Shown: positions 11,471 through 20,623 of the stretch, one piece after another | Layout of the letters: every line of letters begins with the position of its first letter | Position numbering within the stretch: position 1 is the stretch's first letter | Assembly (NCBI GenBank): GCA_025963875.1 | Contig: JAOPZY010000259.1 | Coordinates: 1-57,352, forward strand | Direction: 5' to 3' | DNA from: Actinomycetota bacterium | Lineage (GTDB): Bacteria; Actinomycetota; CADDZG01; JAHWKV01; JAOPZY01 | DNA: 57,352 nucleotides | Program-made: the position numbers and the translations under genes | The notes under the pieces: model-generated | Database searches by the model: none | The model's input: the letters and a program-made list of their open reading frames with translations, nothing else | What the model was told of the DNA's origin: nothing

Positions 11471-12420
11471 GGCGGTGGACGGCGGGCCTGCTGGCAGTGC
11501 TCGCCGTGGCCCTCCTCGCCGGCTGCAGCGGGGCCACCCGGACCGCCGCCACCGCACCCCAGGCAGCGGTGGCCCAGGCGACGCCGTCGCCCCCTGCCCC
11601 AACGTGCGGCAACGTCGTCGCGAGCCTGCGGCCTCCGGCGGCGCTCCCGGCTCCCGGCCAGATGCCCGCCGGTTCGTACATGCGGACGATCCAGGACCGC
11701 GGCCGCCTCGTCGCCGGCGTCTCCCAGGACACGCTGCTGTTTGGCTTCCTCGACCCCTTCGACGGGCAGATCAAAGGCTTCGACATCGACGTCCTGCACC
11801 AGATCGCTCAGGCCATCTTCGGGGACCCCAACAAGATCGAGTACCGGGCCATGACGGGCGCCGAGCGGATCAGCAAGATCCGGGACGGTTCGGTCGACAT
11901 CGTCGGGCGCACCTTCACGATCACCTGCGACCGCCGCCAGCAGATCGACTTCTCGTCGGTCTACTTCGACGCCGGCGACAGAGTGCTGGTGAGGAGGGAC
12001 TCGACGGCCAAGGGCATCCAGGACCTCGGGGGCAAGAAGGTCTGCACCACCAACGGGAGCACCACCATCCCTCACCTCAACGCGGTGCCCTCGAAACCGG
12101 TCCCCGTCCTCCTGGCCGACTTCACGGACTGCCTTGTCGCCTTCCAGAACGGCGAGGTGGACGCCATTGCCACCGACGACGCCATCCTCGCCGGGCTGGC
12201 CAAGCAGGACCCCTACGCCAAGTTCGTCGGTGACCGGTTCTCGGACGAGCCCTACGGCCTCGGCCTGGCCCTGGGCCACCCGGAGTTCACGCGGTTCGTC
12301 AACGGGGTCCTCGACCAGATGCGGGCCAACGGCACGTGGGCCAACCTCTACCGCACATGGCTCGTGCCGAGCCTCAGCAACGCTGTCCCCGCCCCCCCGG
12401 CGGCCGCCTACAAGGACTGA
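11467..12420 (+). CDS. GlnH-like amino-acid ABC substrate-binding lipoprotein
   Basis: Lipobox LLAGC; GFDID, TITCDRRQQIDFS, TDDAILAG, EPYG; GTGA overlap with the glnX-like stop. Confidence 0.88.
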   Translation: MRRWTAGLLAVLAVALLAGCSGATRTAATAPQAAVAQATPSPPAPTCGNVVASLRPPAALPAPGQMPAGSYMRTIQDRGRLVAGVSQDTLLFGFLDPFDGQIKGFDIDVLHQIAQAIFGDPNKIEYRAMTGAERISKIRDGSVDIVGRTFTITCDRRQQIDFSSVYFDAGDRVLVRRDSTAKGIQDLGGKKVCTTNGSTTIPHLNAVPSKPVPVLLADFTDCLVAFQNGEVDAIATDDAILAGLAKQDPYAKFVGDRFSDEPYGLGLALGHPEFTRFVNGVLDQMRANGTWANLYRTWLVPSLSNAVPAPPAAAYKD

Positions 12421-12434
12421 GCCCGGCGGACGGC

Positions 12435-13226
12435 GTGCAGCACGCCATTCACGTCCCGACGGTCGGGGAGCTCGCCGATCCCCGGGTGCTCGCCGACCTG
12501 GCGGCGGACGCCGAGGAACACGGGTGGGACGGCGTCTTCCTCTGGGACCACCTGCTCCGCCCGGACACGGAGCCGCCGGAGGTGGCCGACACCTGGGTCG
12601 CCCTCGCCGCCATGGCGTCCGCCACCTCGATGATCCGCCTCGGTCCCATGGTGACGCCGCTTGTTCGCTACGGTCCCCAACGCCTGGCCCGTGCCAGCGT
12701 GGGCCTGGACCAGCTCTCGGCCGGCCGCCTCACGCTCGGCCTCGGTCTGGGCCACGATCGGTGGGGGGAGCTCCGCCGCTTCGGCGAGCCCACCGATCCC
12801 CGGGAGCGGGCCGATCTCCTGGACGAGGGAGTCGAGCTGCTGCTCGCGCTCTGGTCCGGCGAGGAGGTCCATCACCTGGGCCGCTACGTCGCCGGCGGCG
12901 TGCGATTCCTCCCCACGCCCGTGCAGCGGCCGCGGATCCCCCTGTGGTTCGCAGCCCGCGGGGACGCCCGGCGGCCCGTGCGCCGTGCAGCCCGCTACGA
13001 GGGCCTGTTCCCGGTGGACGTCAACCCGGACCAGCTCGCCAGGATGCTGGACATCGTGGCCGCCGAGCGGGGCAGCCTGGAGGGTTTCGATGTCGCCGTG
13101 TCGATCCCCCCCGGCGGCGACCCCGGACCCTACGCCGCCAGGGGGGCCACCTGGGTCCTCAGCGGATTCCAGCCGCACGACGCTCTGAAGGACTTGCAGT
13201 CCCGTGTGGAGGCCGGACCCGGCTGA
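12435..13226 (+). CDS. LLM-class flavin-dependent oxidoreductase
   Basis: AEEHGWDGVFLWDH, LDQLSAGRLTLGLGLG and PVQRPRIP motifs. Confidence 0.88.
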   Translation: MQHAIHVPTVGELADPRVLADLAADAEEHGWDGVFLWDHLLRPDTEPPEVADTWVALAAMASATSMIRLGPMVTPLVRYGPQRLARASVGLDQLSAGRLTLGLGLGHDRWGELRRFGEPTDPRERADLLDEGVELLLALWSGEEVHHLGRYVAGGVRFLPTPVQRPRIPLWFAARGDARRPVRRAARYEGLFPVDVNPDQLARMLDIVAAERGSLEGFDVAVSIPPGGDPGPYAARGATWVLSGFQPHDALKDLQSRVEAGPG

Positions 13227-13274
13227 CCCAGCCGCGGCCGGTTCCGTAGCCCACTTGACAGGCCGTTCCACTAC

Positions 13275-13319
13275 AGATTCCGTCGAAAAGACCGCCAAGC
13301 CGACTTTTTGACGGAATCT
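13275..13319. terminator. 16-bp inverted repeat between convergent genes, possible bidirectional terminator
   Basis: AGATTCCGTCGAAAAG-N13-CTTTTTGACGGAATCT with one G.U pair. Confidence 0.55.
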
Positions 13320-13345
13320 ACTTCGGAGATGCTCGAGTCAGTCGC

Positions 13346-14131
13346 TCAGGCCTTCCGTAGCGTCAGGGTGGTCCAGGCCCCCATGTGGATGCGGTCGCCG
13401 TCCGACACGGGGACCGCCCTGTTGGTGTCGATGGGATCGGTGCTGTCGTTGAGGAACGTCCCATTGGCCGACCCGGGGTCGATGAGCGTCCACCCGCCCT
13501 CCGGGCTGCCGACCAGCACTGCGTGCATGTGCGACACGCCCGGGTCCTCCGGCGCTCCCGAGAGGTCGATCTCCGGGTTGATCCCCCGGGACGTGCTCCG
13601 CCGGCCGATCACCGCCCGCAGCGTCGTGAGGGAGAAGACACGGTCGGGGTACACGGCGGGGAACGGGATCTCCTCGGCCTGCATGCGGTCGTAGTAGTCG
13701 CGGTCGGCCACGACGATCGCCTGCCAGGTGGGTGCGGCGAAGGCTCGTCCCGATGCGACGGCCGGCGTCGAGAACGGCGACGATGATGGTGCCGCCCCGG
13801 GCGCGGGCGAAGCCGCCTCGACGGGTGAGGCGGCCGCTGCGGCCTCGGGGGGTGCCGAGGCTCCCACCGGGGCCGGTGCAGGGCTCGAGGCGCCCGGAGC
13901 CCCGAGCGCCATGTCGTAGCCGCAGACCTCGCAGAATTTGTCGCCCTCGGCGTTGGGAGCGCCGCAGGCCGGGCACGCCTTGGTCGGTCCCGGCGCAGCC
14001 TCCGACGCAGCAGGGGCGCCGGCAGGCGCGGGTGCGGCGGCGGTGGGGTCGCCCCCGATCTTGGCGCCGCACTGGTCGCAGTAGTCGGCGGTGTCCGACA
14101 GGTGCCCGTTGGGACAGATCGCCTCGGCCAT
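13346..14131 (-). CDS. Double zinc-ribbon + FHA domain protein
   Basis: CPNGH..CDQC and CPAC..CEVC ribbons; FHA motifs IGRRS, VSHMH, SANGT; TGATG coupling to the vWA gene. Confidence 0.9.
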   Translation of the reverse strand: MAEAICPNGHLSDTADYCDQCGAKIGGDPTAAAPAPAGAPAASEAAPGPTKACPACGAPNAEGDKFCEVCGYDMALGAPGASSPAPAPVGASAPPEAAAAASPVEAASPAPGAAPSSSPFSTPAVASGRAFAAPTWQAIVVADRDYYDRMQAEEIPFPAVYPDRVFSLTTLRAVIGRRSTSRGINPEIDLSGAPEDPGVSHMHAVLVGSPEGGWTLIDPGSANGTFLNDSTDPIDTNRAVPVSDGDRIHMGAWTTLTLRKA

Positions 14132-15417
14132 CAGTGTGTCACCCGTACGGTCTTGGTCGACCGCGTGTCGAGGGTCATCTCGTCTTCGTCGGCGACCTTG
14201 GATTTCATCCTGACCTTGCCCGTCGCCGGATCCTCGACGTCCACCACCTTGGCGAGCAGCTTCGCAGTTTCGGTGTTTCCTGACTGTGCCGCAAGCTGGA
14301 CCGCCCGTCCCAGCTTCGTCGTTGCCGTCTCCATGTCCCCCTGCTTCCTGGCTTCGAGGCCCTCTGCGATGGCGTCGGCCAGCTCGGCCTGGCCCGTGTA
14401 GTGCGCGACCTGCTTGTTGATCTTCGTGGAGAGAGCGGAGTCGTCGGTCCAGACCGCCTTGACGAGGGCCTGGCCCGCCACCTGCCCGTTGACCACCAGC
14501 GACACTCTGGCGGCGAGCATCTCGTCGCCCACGTTCCCGGCGTTCACGCTGACGGCGAAGTGATAGTCCCGCGACTCGTCGCCCCAAGCGCCGGTCGGGT
14601 AGTCCCCCGACAGCGGGTTGATGGTCACGCGCCGGTCGGTGAGGTCGAGGAGGTCGGGGGCCACCTGCTTCACGAAGCTGATGCTCGCACCCTGCGGCGT
14701 CCACAGCCGGATCTTGACGTCGGCGAGGGACTTGCCCATCGCCTGGGCCATCATGGTCTCGAAGTCGGCGGCGAGGCCGGCCGGATCCGCCACGATATCG
14801 ACGGTGCCGAGCAGGACTGTGGCGATCTTCCGCAGTTCCGACACCACCCAGTCCGTGCCGACCCCACGGCAGTCGCACTGGAAGATCCCCTTGGCGCCTT
14901 GGATGGCGGCGTCGAGCGTCTCCGGCGACTCGTGCTCATCCTTGCCGTCGGTGAGCAGGATGACGTGCTTGATGCCCGGCTCGTTGGCCACGATGCTCGT
15001 GATGAGTTGCAGCCACGAGCCGATCGCGGTGCCGCCGCTGGCCTCCAGCCGGCCGGCGGCTTGCTGGGCCTGGGCGCGGGTTTCGTTCGACGATGTGGCG
15101 AGGCCCCCGGTGCGCGGGTAGACGACGTGGGCGGTGTTGTCGCCGGAGATGACGGCGAAGCGCACGCCGTCCTTGATGGCCGCGACGGCTGCGGCGGTGG
15201 CTTCCCGGGCGGCCCGGATCTTGGAGCCCCCCATCGATCCGGAGGTGTCGACGACGATCACCTCGACGCTGCCGGCGGTCGAGGCGGCGCCAGGCCCGGC
15301 GGCGAAGCCACCCGCCGCGCTCGCCCCCGAGGCCGTGATCGTGACGACGGCGTTGACCTCCCTGGCCCCCTCGGGGAGGTACTCGTTCTGAAAGCACTCC
15401 AGGTGGAAGTCAGCCAT
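14131..15417 (-). CDS. von Willebrand factor A domain protein
   Basis: MIDAS motif DTSGSM, GGT and LLTDG; ATG at 15417 overlaps the PP2C end. Confidence 0.92.
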   Translation of the reverse strand: MADFHLECFQNEYLPEGAREVNAVVTITASGASAAGGFAAGPGAASTAGSVEVIVVDTSGSMGGSKIRAAREATAAAVAAIKDGVRFAVISGDNTAHVVYPRTGGLATSSNETRAQAQQAAGRLEASGGTAIGSWLQLITSIVANEPGIKHVILLTDGKDEHESPETLDAAIQGAKGIFQCDCRGVGTDWVVSELRKIATVLLGTVDIVADPAGLAADFETMMAQAMGKSLADVKIRLWTPQGASISFVKQVAPDLLDLTDRRVTINPLSGDYPTGAWGDESRDYHFAVSVNAGNVGDEMLAARVSLVVNGQVAGQALVKAVWTDDSALSTKINKQVAHYTGQAELADAIAEGLEARKQGDMETATTKLGRAVQLAAQSGNTETAKLLAKVVDVEDPATGKVRMKSKVADEDEMTLDTRSTKTVRVTH

Positions 15418-16513
15418 GGTCGTTCGCCTCGCTCTCATTGCTCTCGGTCTCAACAGGCGTCTCGGTCTCAACAGGCTCAACAGGCCCGGTCGGGGTTTCG
15501 CTCGGCGGCTCGGCGGGGGGAGCCGACGGCACCTCCGCCCAGGTGGGCGCTCCGAGGGCCTTGATGGCGACCGTGATGTTGTCGTGGCCCCCTGCTTCGA
15601 GCGCGGCGTCCACCAGGCGCCGTGCCGTCTCCAGCACCCCCTCGCCGGGCGGGCCGGCCGCCACCAGCTCCCGAAGGGCCTCGGGGGCCTCGTAGTAGTT
15701 CCAGAGCCCGTCCGAGCAGACCAGCAGGATGCCGGGTCCCGGTGCCGTCACGACCTCGATGTGCGGCGTGACCTCGGGAGCGTCGGTACCGAGCCAGTGC
15801 GTGATGGTGTGCGCGTCCTTCCGTCCGTAGGCCTCCTCCGGGGTCGCCCCCGCTGCGATGGCAGCCTCGGCCAGTGAGTCGTCGTAGCTGAGCTGCCGGC
15901 AGGCCTGCGGCGACGCCGCATCGATCCAGTACGCCCGGCTGTCGCCGACGTTGGCCGTCACCAGCTGGTCTCCGATCACCACGACGGCGACGACGGTGGT
16001 CGACGGTGCCTGGGTGTAACCGCCCGGCTCCTCGACCGGGGCGTTGCACACCGCCGCCTGGGCCGCCGCCACGGCACCGGCAAGGACCGAGACAGCCTCC
16101 TCGTGCCCCGACAGGCCCGCCACCACCGCGTCCGCCACGGCCTCCGCCGCTGCGGCCGAGGCCTGGTCGGGATTGGCGGTCGTCGAGACCCCGTCGCAGA
16201 CGACGAGCACCGAGAACGCCTCGGTGGCACGGATCGCGCCGGCATCCTCGTTGCGGTGGTGGCGCAGTCCCTTGTCGGACACCAGCGCCATGCCGCCCTC
16301 CTCGACCTCGATGTGGTCGGTGGGGCGCGGCAGCCGGTTGCCGCAGCGGGTGCAGTACCCGTCGGCGTCGGCCTGGTCCGCCGGGGCGCCGCACTTCGGG
16401 CAGGTGCCCTCCTGCGGGGGTGGCGCGTGCAGCCGCGTCCCGCAGCTCTCGCAGAAGTCGTCCTCCTCGGCGACGGCTTCGCCGCACGAGGGGCACAGGG
16501 TGGCAGTCGTCAT
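15410..16513 (-). CDS. PP2C-family Ser/Thr phosphatase with N-terminal double zinc ribbon
   Basis: CPSC..CESC and CPKC..CTRC; RNED, VCDG, NVGDSRAY, CSDGLW, GHDNIT; ATGA overlap with the kinase. Confidence 0.92.
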   Translation of the reverse strand: MTTATLCPSCGEAVAEEDDFCESCGTRLHAPPPQEGTCPKCGAPADQADADGYCTRCGNRLPRPTDHIEVEEGGMALVSDKGLRHHRNEDAGAIRATEAFSVLVVCDGVSTTANPDQASAAAAEAVADAVVAGLSGHEEAVSVLAGAVAAAQAAVCNAPVEEPGGYTQAPSTTVVAVVVIGDQLVTANVGDSRAYWIDAASPQACRQLSYDDSLAEAAIAAGATPEEAYGRKDAHTITHWLGTDAPEVTPHIEVVTAPGPGILLVCSDGLWNYYEAPEALRELVAAGPPGEGVLETARRLVDAALEAGGHDNITVAIKALGAPTWAEVPSAPPAEPPSETPTGPVEPVETETPVETESNESEANDHG

Positions 16514-18732
16514 GTGAGCGTGAGAGGGCGGTACTCGTTGGCCTTGTCGATGAGGGCGATCTTCTCCGCCCGGGTGGCAGCGTAGCGGGCCAGCTCCCTG
16601 CATGTCTTCTCCAGGCCCTTGCGGATGTCCCGCTCGTCGAGCGCGGCGCCGCCGATGCGGGTCGTCCCGTCGGGCGGGATGTGGCCCGCGGTCAGCATGG
16701 CGAGCGCCGACGCCAGGATCTCCCGGGTCAGCCCGAACCGGATCTCGGCGTCGACCTGGAGCTGCTCGATGGTCTGCGACGCGGCGACGAGATCGGCGAG
16801 CGACGGGCTGGTCCCGTTCACCTCGGTCGCCAGCACCCGGCAGAGGGTCACCTGCGCCCGGGCATGGGCGCTGGAGGTGGCCGGGACGCCCTGGAGGGCC
16901 ACCGCCGCGCCCGCCCGGTCTCCGGTCCGCATGCGGCAGCGGGCCAGACCGAAGGCGGCGCTTGCCGACGTGGGGTCGGTGAGTGCCACCCGGGCGTAGT
17001 AGCCACCGGCGCGAGCGGGATCCCCTTTCAGCTCGAGGCCGCACGCCAGCGCCAGCTTCGGCGCCAGCTCCCCGGGGAGCTCGCTGTAGACCTCGTCGAG
17101 CTCGTTCACCGCGGCGTCCAGATACCCGCTCGCCAGGGCCCGGATGCCCCGCCACCAGTGGATCCGCCAGTCGCTCGGGTCCTCTTTCGTCAGGCGGTCG
17201 AGGGTCCGGTCGGCGAGGTCGTAGTCGCCACCGACCACGTGGGCCTGCGCCAGGCGGAAGCCGATCTCCGGGGTGAACGGTGCCCGCTCGAGGGCTGCGA
17301 CCACCTGCTCGGGCGTCGCCCCCGAGAGGCTCGCCAGGAGCGCCGCCTGGGGGTCGGCCGGGTCGACTGCCGGAACGGGCAGCGACTTCCAGTCCGCAGC
17401 GTCGGGGTTGGTGATGAGCTCGGGGCTGAACAGCTTCGAAGGGGTGGGCTGGGCGGCGCCGCCGTCGAGGGCGACGACCTCCCGGAGCACGCCGAGGAGC
17501 TGCTCCCGCATCGTCTCGGCGGACGCGAATCGCATGTCCGGGTCGGGTTGGGTGCTCCTCAGCAGGAAGCGGTGGAATGACTCGTAGCGGCCGAAGATCG
17601 GCACGTCGGTGGCGGGCGGCAGCGCGGTGGCGTAGCGCTTGGGGTCCTGGAAGCCCCGGAAGTCGAAGGAGAGGACGGCCAGCGTCCTGCCGACGGTGTA
17701 GAGGTCGGAGGCGATCGATGCTCCGAGCTCGGCGACCTCGGGCGCCTGGTAGCCGATGGTGCCGTAGAGGGCGCTCATGTTGTCGTCCAGGCGCCGCACG
17801 CCGCCGAGGTCGATGACCTTCATCTGCTCCTCGGTCTGGATGGCGTTCTCCGGCTTGAAGTCGCAGAAGAGCAGGTCCTTGCTGTGCAGGAACCCGAGGG
17901 CCGGGAGGATCTCGAGCATGAAGGCGATGGCCTGGGCAACCGGGACCGGCCCGCCGGTCACGTCGGTGTACTGCTTGCGGACCTCCTTCAGCGACTGGCC
18001 TCCGACGTACTCCATGACGATGTAGCCCAGGCCGCCGTGCTCGACGAAGTTGTAGATCTTGACGATGTTCGGGTGCTCCACCTCCGCAAGGAACCGCCGC
18101 TCGGCGATGGCCGCCTCCATCGCATCGGCGTCGCCGGCGTCGAGGAGGCCCTTCAGCACCACCCAGCGGTCGGAGACGTTGTGGTCCTTGGCGAGGTAGA
18201 TCCAGCCGAGGCCTCCGTGGGCGATGCAGCCGACCACCTGGTACTGGTGGGCCACGAGCTCGCCGGGCTTCAGCTTCGGCGTGAAGGAGTAGGCGGTGCC
18301 GCAGTGGGGGCAGAACCCCTCCGCCCTCGCCGTCTTGCCGGGCTTGGAGCGGCCGACCGGCTTCCCGCAGTGGCCGCAGTAGCGCTTGGATTCCTCGACC
18401 TCCGGGTTGGCGAGGATGACGCTGGTCGGGTCCTTCGAGGGCACGGGCGGCACCTCGACGAGCCCGGCCCCGAGGTTGCCCCGGCGGGTCCTGCCCGAAC
18501 CGGTGCGCCGGGACGTCCCGCCCGAGGTGGTGCCCCGGGTGGCCTGGCTGGCCCGTGCCGACGGGGACTGCCCCGCCGACGGACTCCGTCCTGCCGACGG
18601 GGACTGCCCAACGGCGGGCGGCTGCAGGGACTGCGGCGCGGCGGCCATCGCCCCCTTCTCGGGGGCCATGCCGCAGACGTTGCAGTAGCCGTCCTCGATC
18701 GTGCCGGTGCAGCCGGGCCGCTGGCAGTCCAT
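16510..18732 (-). CDS. pknG: PknG-type Ser/Thr kinase (extra N-terminal Zn finger, rubredoxin domain, kinase, TPR)
   Basis: YCGHC..FCPHC rubredoxin; IAHGGLGWIYLA, VVLKG, DFKPEN, IDLG; C-terminal LPGELAPKLALA and LIDKANEYRP. Confidence 0.85.
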   Translation of the reverse strand: MDCQRPGCTGTIEDGYCNVCGMAPEKGAMAAAPQSLQPPAVGQSPSAGRSPSAGQSPSARASQATRGTTSGGTSRRTGSGRTRRGNLGAGLVEVPPVPSKDPTSVILANPEVEESKRYCGHCGKPVGRSKPGKTARAEGFCPHCGTAYSFTPKLKPGELVAHQYQVVGCIAHGGLGWIYLAKDHNVSDRWVVLKGLLDAGDADAMEAAIAERRFLAEVEHPNIVKIYNFVEHGGLGYIVMEYVGGQSLKEVRKQYTDVTGGPVPVAQAIAFMLEILPALGFLHSKDLLFCDFKPENAIQTEEQMKVIDLGGVRRLDDNMSALYGTIGYQAPEVAELGASIASDLYTVGRTLAVLSFDFRGFQDPKRYATALPPATDVPIFGRYESFHRFLLRSTQPDPDMRFASAETMREQLLGVLREVVALDGGAAQPTPSKLFSPELITNPDAADWKSLPVPAVDPADPQAALLASLSGATPEQVVAALERAPFTPEIGFRLAQAHVVGGDYDLADRTLDRLTKEDPSDWRIHWWRGIRALASGYLDAAVNELDEVYSELPGELAPKLALACGLELKGDPARAGGYYARVALTDPTSASAAFGLARCRMRTGDRAGAAVALQGVPATSSAHARAQVTLCRVLATEVNGTSPSLADLVAASQTIEQLQVDAEIRFGLTREILASALAMLTAGHIPPDGTTRIGGAALDERDIRKGLEKTCRELARYAATRAEKIALIDKANEYRPLTLT
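18557..18610 (-). repeat. Three 18-bp in-frame repeats encoding G(Q/R)SPSA in the kinase N-terminal linker
   Basis: Protein reads GQSPSAGRSPSAGQSPSA. Confidence 0.7.
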
Positions 18733-18744
18733 GGCTCTCCTTCC

Positions 18745-19959
18745 CTATGCCCGGTCGGGTGGCCCGGCGGGTCGGGCCCGGCTCAGACCCTGCTGGTACT
18801 CCCGGACCGCCGCCTCGGCTCCGGCGACGTCGCAGGGAGCGGTGAACAGCAGTTCCTTGGCCCGCTCGTAGACCGGGGTGAGCTGCTCGTCCTCGGCGAG
18901 GCCGATGGCGAGGGCTTTGGCGTGGTAGGCGTCGAGGCGGCCCCGCAGCTCGTTGCGGGCGTCCAGCGGGTCCTTCACCGACCCCAGCGCTTTCGTGGCC
19001 TCGTCCCGCAGCGCAGCCGTCTGCTGGTCGAGCTGGCCGAGCAGCCGCCGCGCGTCCTGCCAGTTGCCGTGACCCACCGAGGTGATGCTCTCCAGGTTCG
19101 TCCTCAGAAAGGTGAGGCGCGCCGCCAGGGCTGCGGCATCGACCGTGCCGTTGGCGACGCCAAGGATCTTCTGCGACGCCTCGGCCTCGGCGGTGCGGGC
19201 CTGGTCGATCAGCATGCCGATGGCTCCGAGCGCCTGCGCTGCGGCGGTGAGCTGGCCCGCCAGCTCGCCGCGGGCGCCCACCGCGGCACGGAGCACCTCC
19301 CTGGCGGACTCCACCTGCCGTGCGACGGCGTCGACGTTCGTCAGGTCGGCGGCGAGGGGGTCGGCATGGACCTGGGAGCGCAGCGAGGTGATCAGGCTGC
19401 GGGTTTGGGCGATGTCAGCGGGCGGCTTGATCCCGCTCTGGCCGGCGGTCTGGACGAGGCCGGTGAGCGTCGCATCGAGCGTGTCGAGCCGGGGGAGCGC
19501 CGTCCAGGCGGCGCCCACCCGGTCCACGACCGATGCGATGTCCCGGTACATGGTCGCCATGGCGGACTGCAACCAGGCGATGGAGGTCTTCTGAACGGGG
19601 GTCCCAGCCAGCGTCCGGGAGCCCGGCTGCCCCGGGTCCGGCGGCAGCGCAACGGAGTCACTGAGGAGCTGGCCGGTCAGTTCCTCGAGCTGTTCGACTT
19701 TGAGCCGGGGCCGGGTACCGCGGAGGGCCACGATCTCGGCGACCTTGTCCTTGAGGGCGCCGTAGTAGCCCCACAGCAGCGGGATGTCGGGCGACACGGC
19801 GTTCCATCCTGCGGCCGTCCGGCCCGAGAGCTTTGCCGAGGCCAACAGCTTCAGAGTGATGTCGCCGTCGAGGGCGGCCAGGCTGGAGCCCGTCGAGTCG
19901 ATCTCAGCCCCGAGGCTTGCGATCCGCGCATCGATGTCGTCGAGGGTGAGTACGCGCAT
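18745..19959 (-). CDS. Alpha-helical hypothetical protein heading the kinase operon
   Basis: 404-aa Ala/Leu-rich ORF ending RNELRGRLDAYHAKA..LFTAPCD..VREYQ; 12 nt from the kinase start. Confidence 0.8.
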   Translation of the reverse strand: MRVLTLDDIDARIASLGAEIDSTGSSLAALDGDITLKLLASAKLSGRTAAGWNAVSPDIPLLWGYYGALKDKVAEIVALRGTRPRLKVEQLEELTGQLLSDSVALPPDPGQPGSRTLAGTPVQKTSIAWLQSAMATMYRDIASVVDRVGAAWTALPRLDTLDATLTGLVQTAGQSGIKPPADIAQTRSLITSLRSQVHADPLAADLTNVDAVARQVESAREVLRAAVGARGELAGQLTAAAQALGAIGMLIDQARTAEAEASQKILGVANGTVDAAALAARLTFLRTNLESITSVGHGNWQDARRLLGQLDQQTAALRDEATKALGSVKDPLDARNELRGRLDAYHAKALAIGLAEDEQLTPVYERAKELLFTAPCDVAGAEAAVREYQQGLSRARPAGPPDRA

Positions 19960-20005
19960 ATCGGTCCAGGATACGTCCGGGCCGCCCGGCCGTCCGAAGG
20001 GTTTC

Positions 20006-20590
20006 TTACTTCTCCGCTCGGGTGTTGTGGCGGTTCATCGCCCGGTCCAGGCCCTCGTGGATGATCGACAGGGCTGCGTCGCCCGCCTCCTCCTCGGCCA
20101 GGCGGAGCGCCTCGGCGTCGCCCTTCGGGAGCCGGTCCAGGACCCAGTTGACGGTCTCGCCGGTGTGGCCCGGCTTCCCGACGCCGATCCGCACCCGGTA
20201 GAAGTCCTTGGTTCCGAGCGACCCGACGATCGAGTCCAGGCCGTGGTGGCCCGCCGTACCGCCGCCCTTCTTCAGCCGCAACTGGCCCACCGGCAGGTCG
20301 AGCTCGTCGTGGACGACGATGAGGTGGTCGGGGTCGATCTTGTGCCACCGGGCCAGCGGCGCCACCGCCTGGCCGCTGTCGTTCATGAACGTCGTCGGGA
20401 AGGCGAGCTTGAGCGGCACGCCGTCGGTGCGGGCCTCCCCCACGAGCGCCCGGAACTTCGAGCGGCTCAGCCGGGTTCCCAGCCGGCCCGCAAGGGACTC
20501 CACGGCGCGGGCACCGGCATTGTGGCGGCTGTGCTCGTACTCCCGGCCGGGGTTGCCGAGCCCGACCACGAGCCATGCGGTGTCGGTCAT
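20006..20590 (-). CDS. pth: Peptidyl-tRNA hydrolase
   Basis: LVVGLGNPG, RHNAG, MNDSG, HDELDL and GHHGL motifs. Confidence 0.97.
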   Translation of the reverse strand: MTDTAWLVVGLGNPGREYEHSRHNAGARAVESLAGRLGTRLSRSKFRALVGEARTDGVPLKLAFPTTFMNDSGQAVAPLARWHKIDPDHLIVVHDELDLPVGQLRLKKGGGTAGHHGLDSIVGSLGTKDFYRVRIGVGKPGHTGETVNWVLDRLPKGDAEALRLAEEEAGDAALSIIHEGLDRAMNRHNTRAEK

Positions 20591-20623
20591 GAGGGCTGCT
20601 TGGTGTACTGCTGCGTGGCTGGG

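Noticed and set aside
13255..13280. Perfect TTGACA between the convergent genes as a promoter
   Set aside because: No TANNNT at 16-18 bp spacing and no plus-strand gene downstream.
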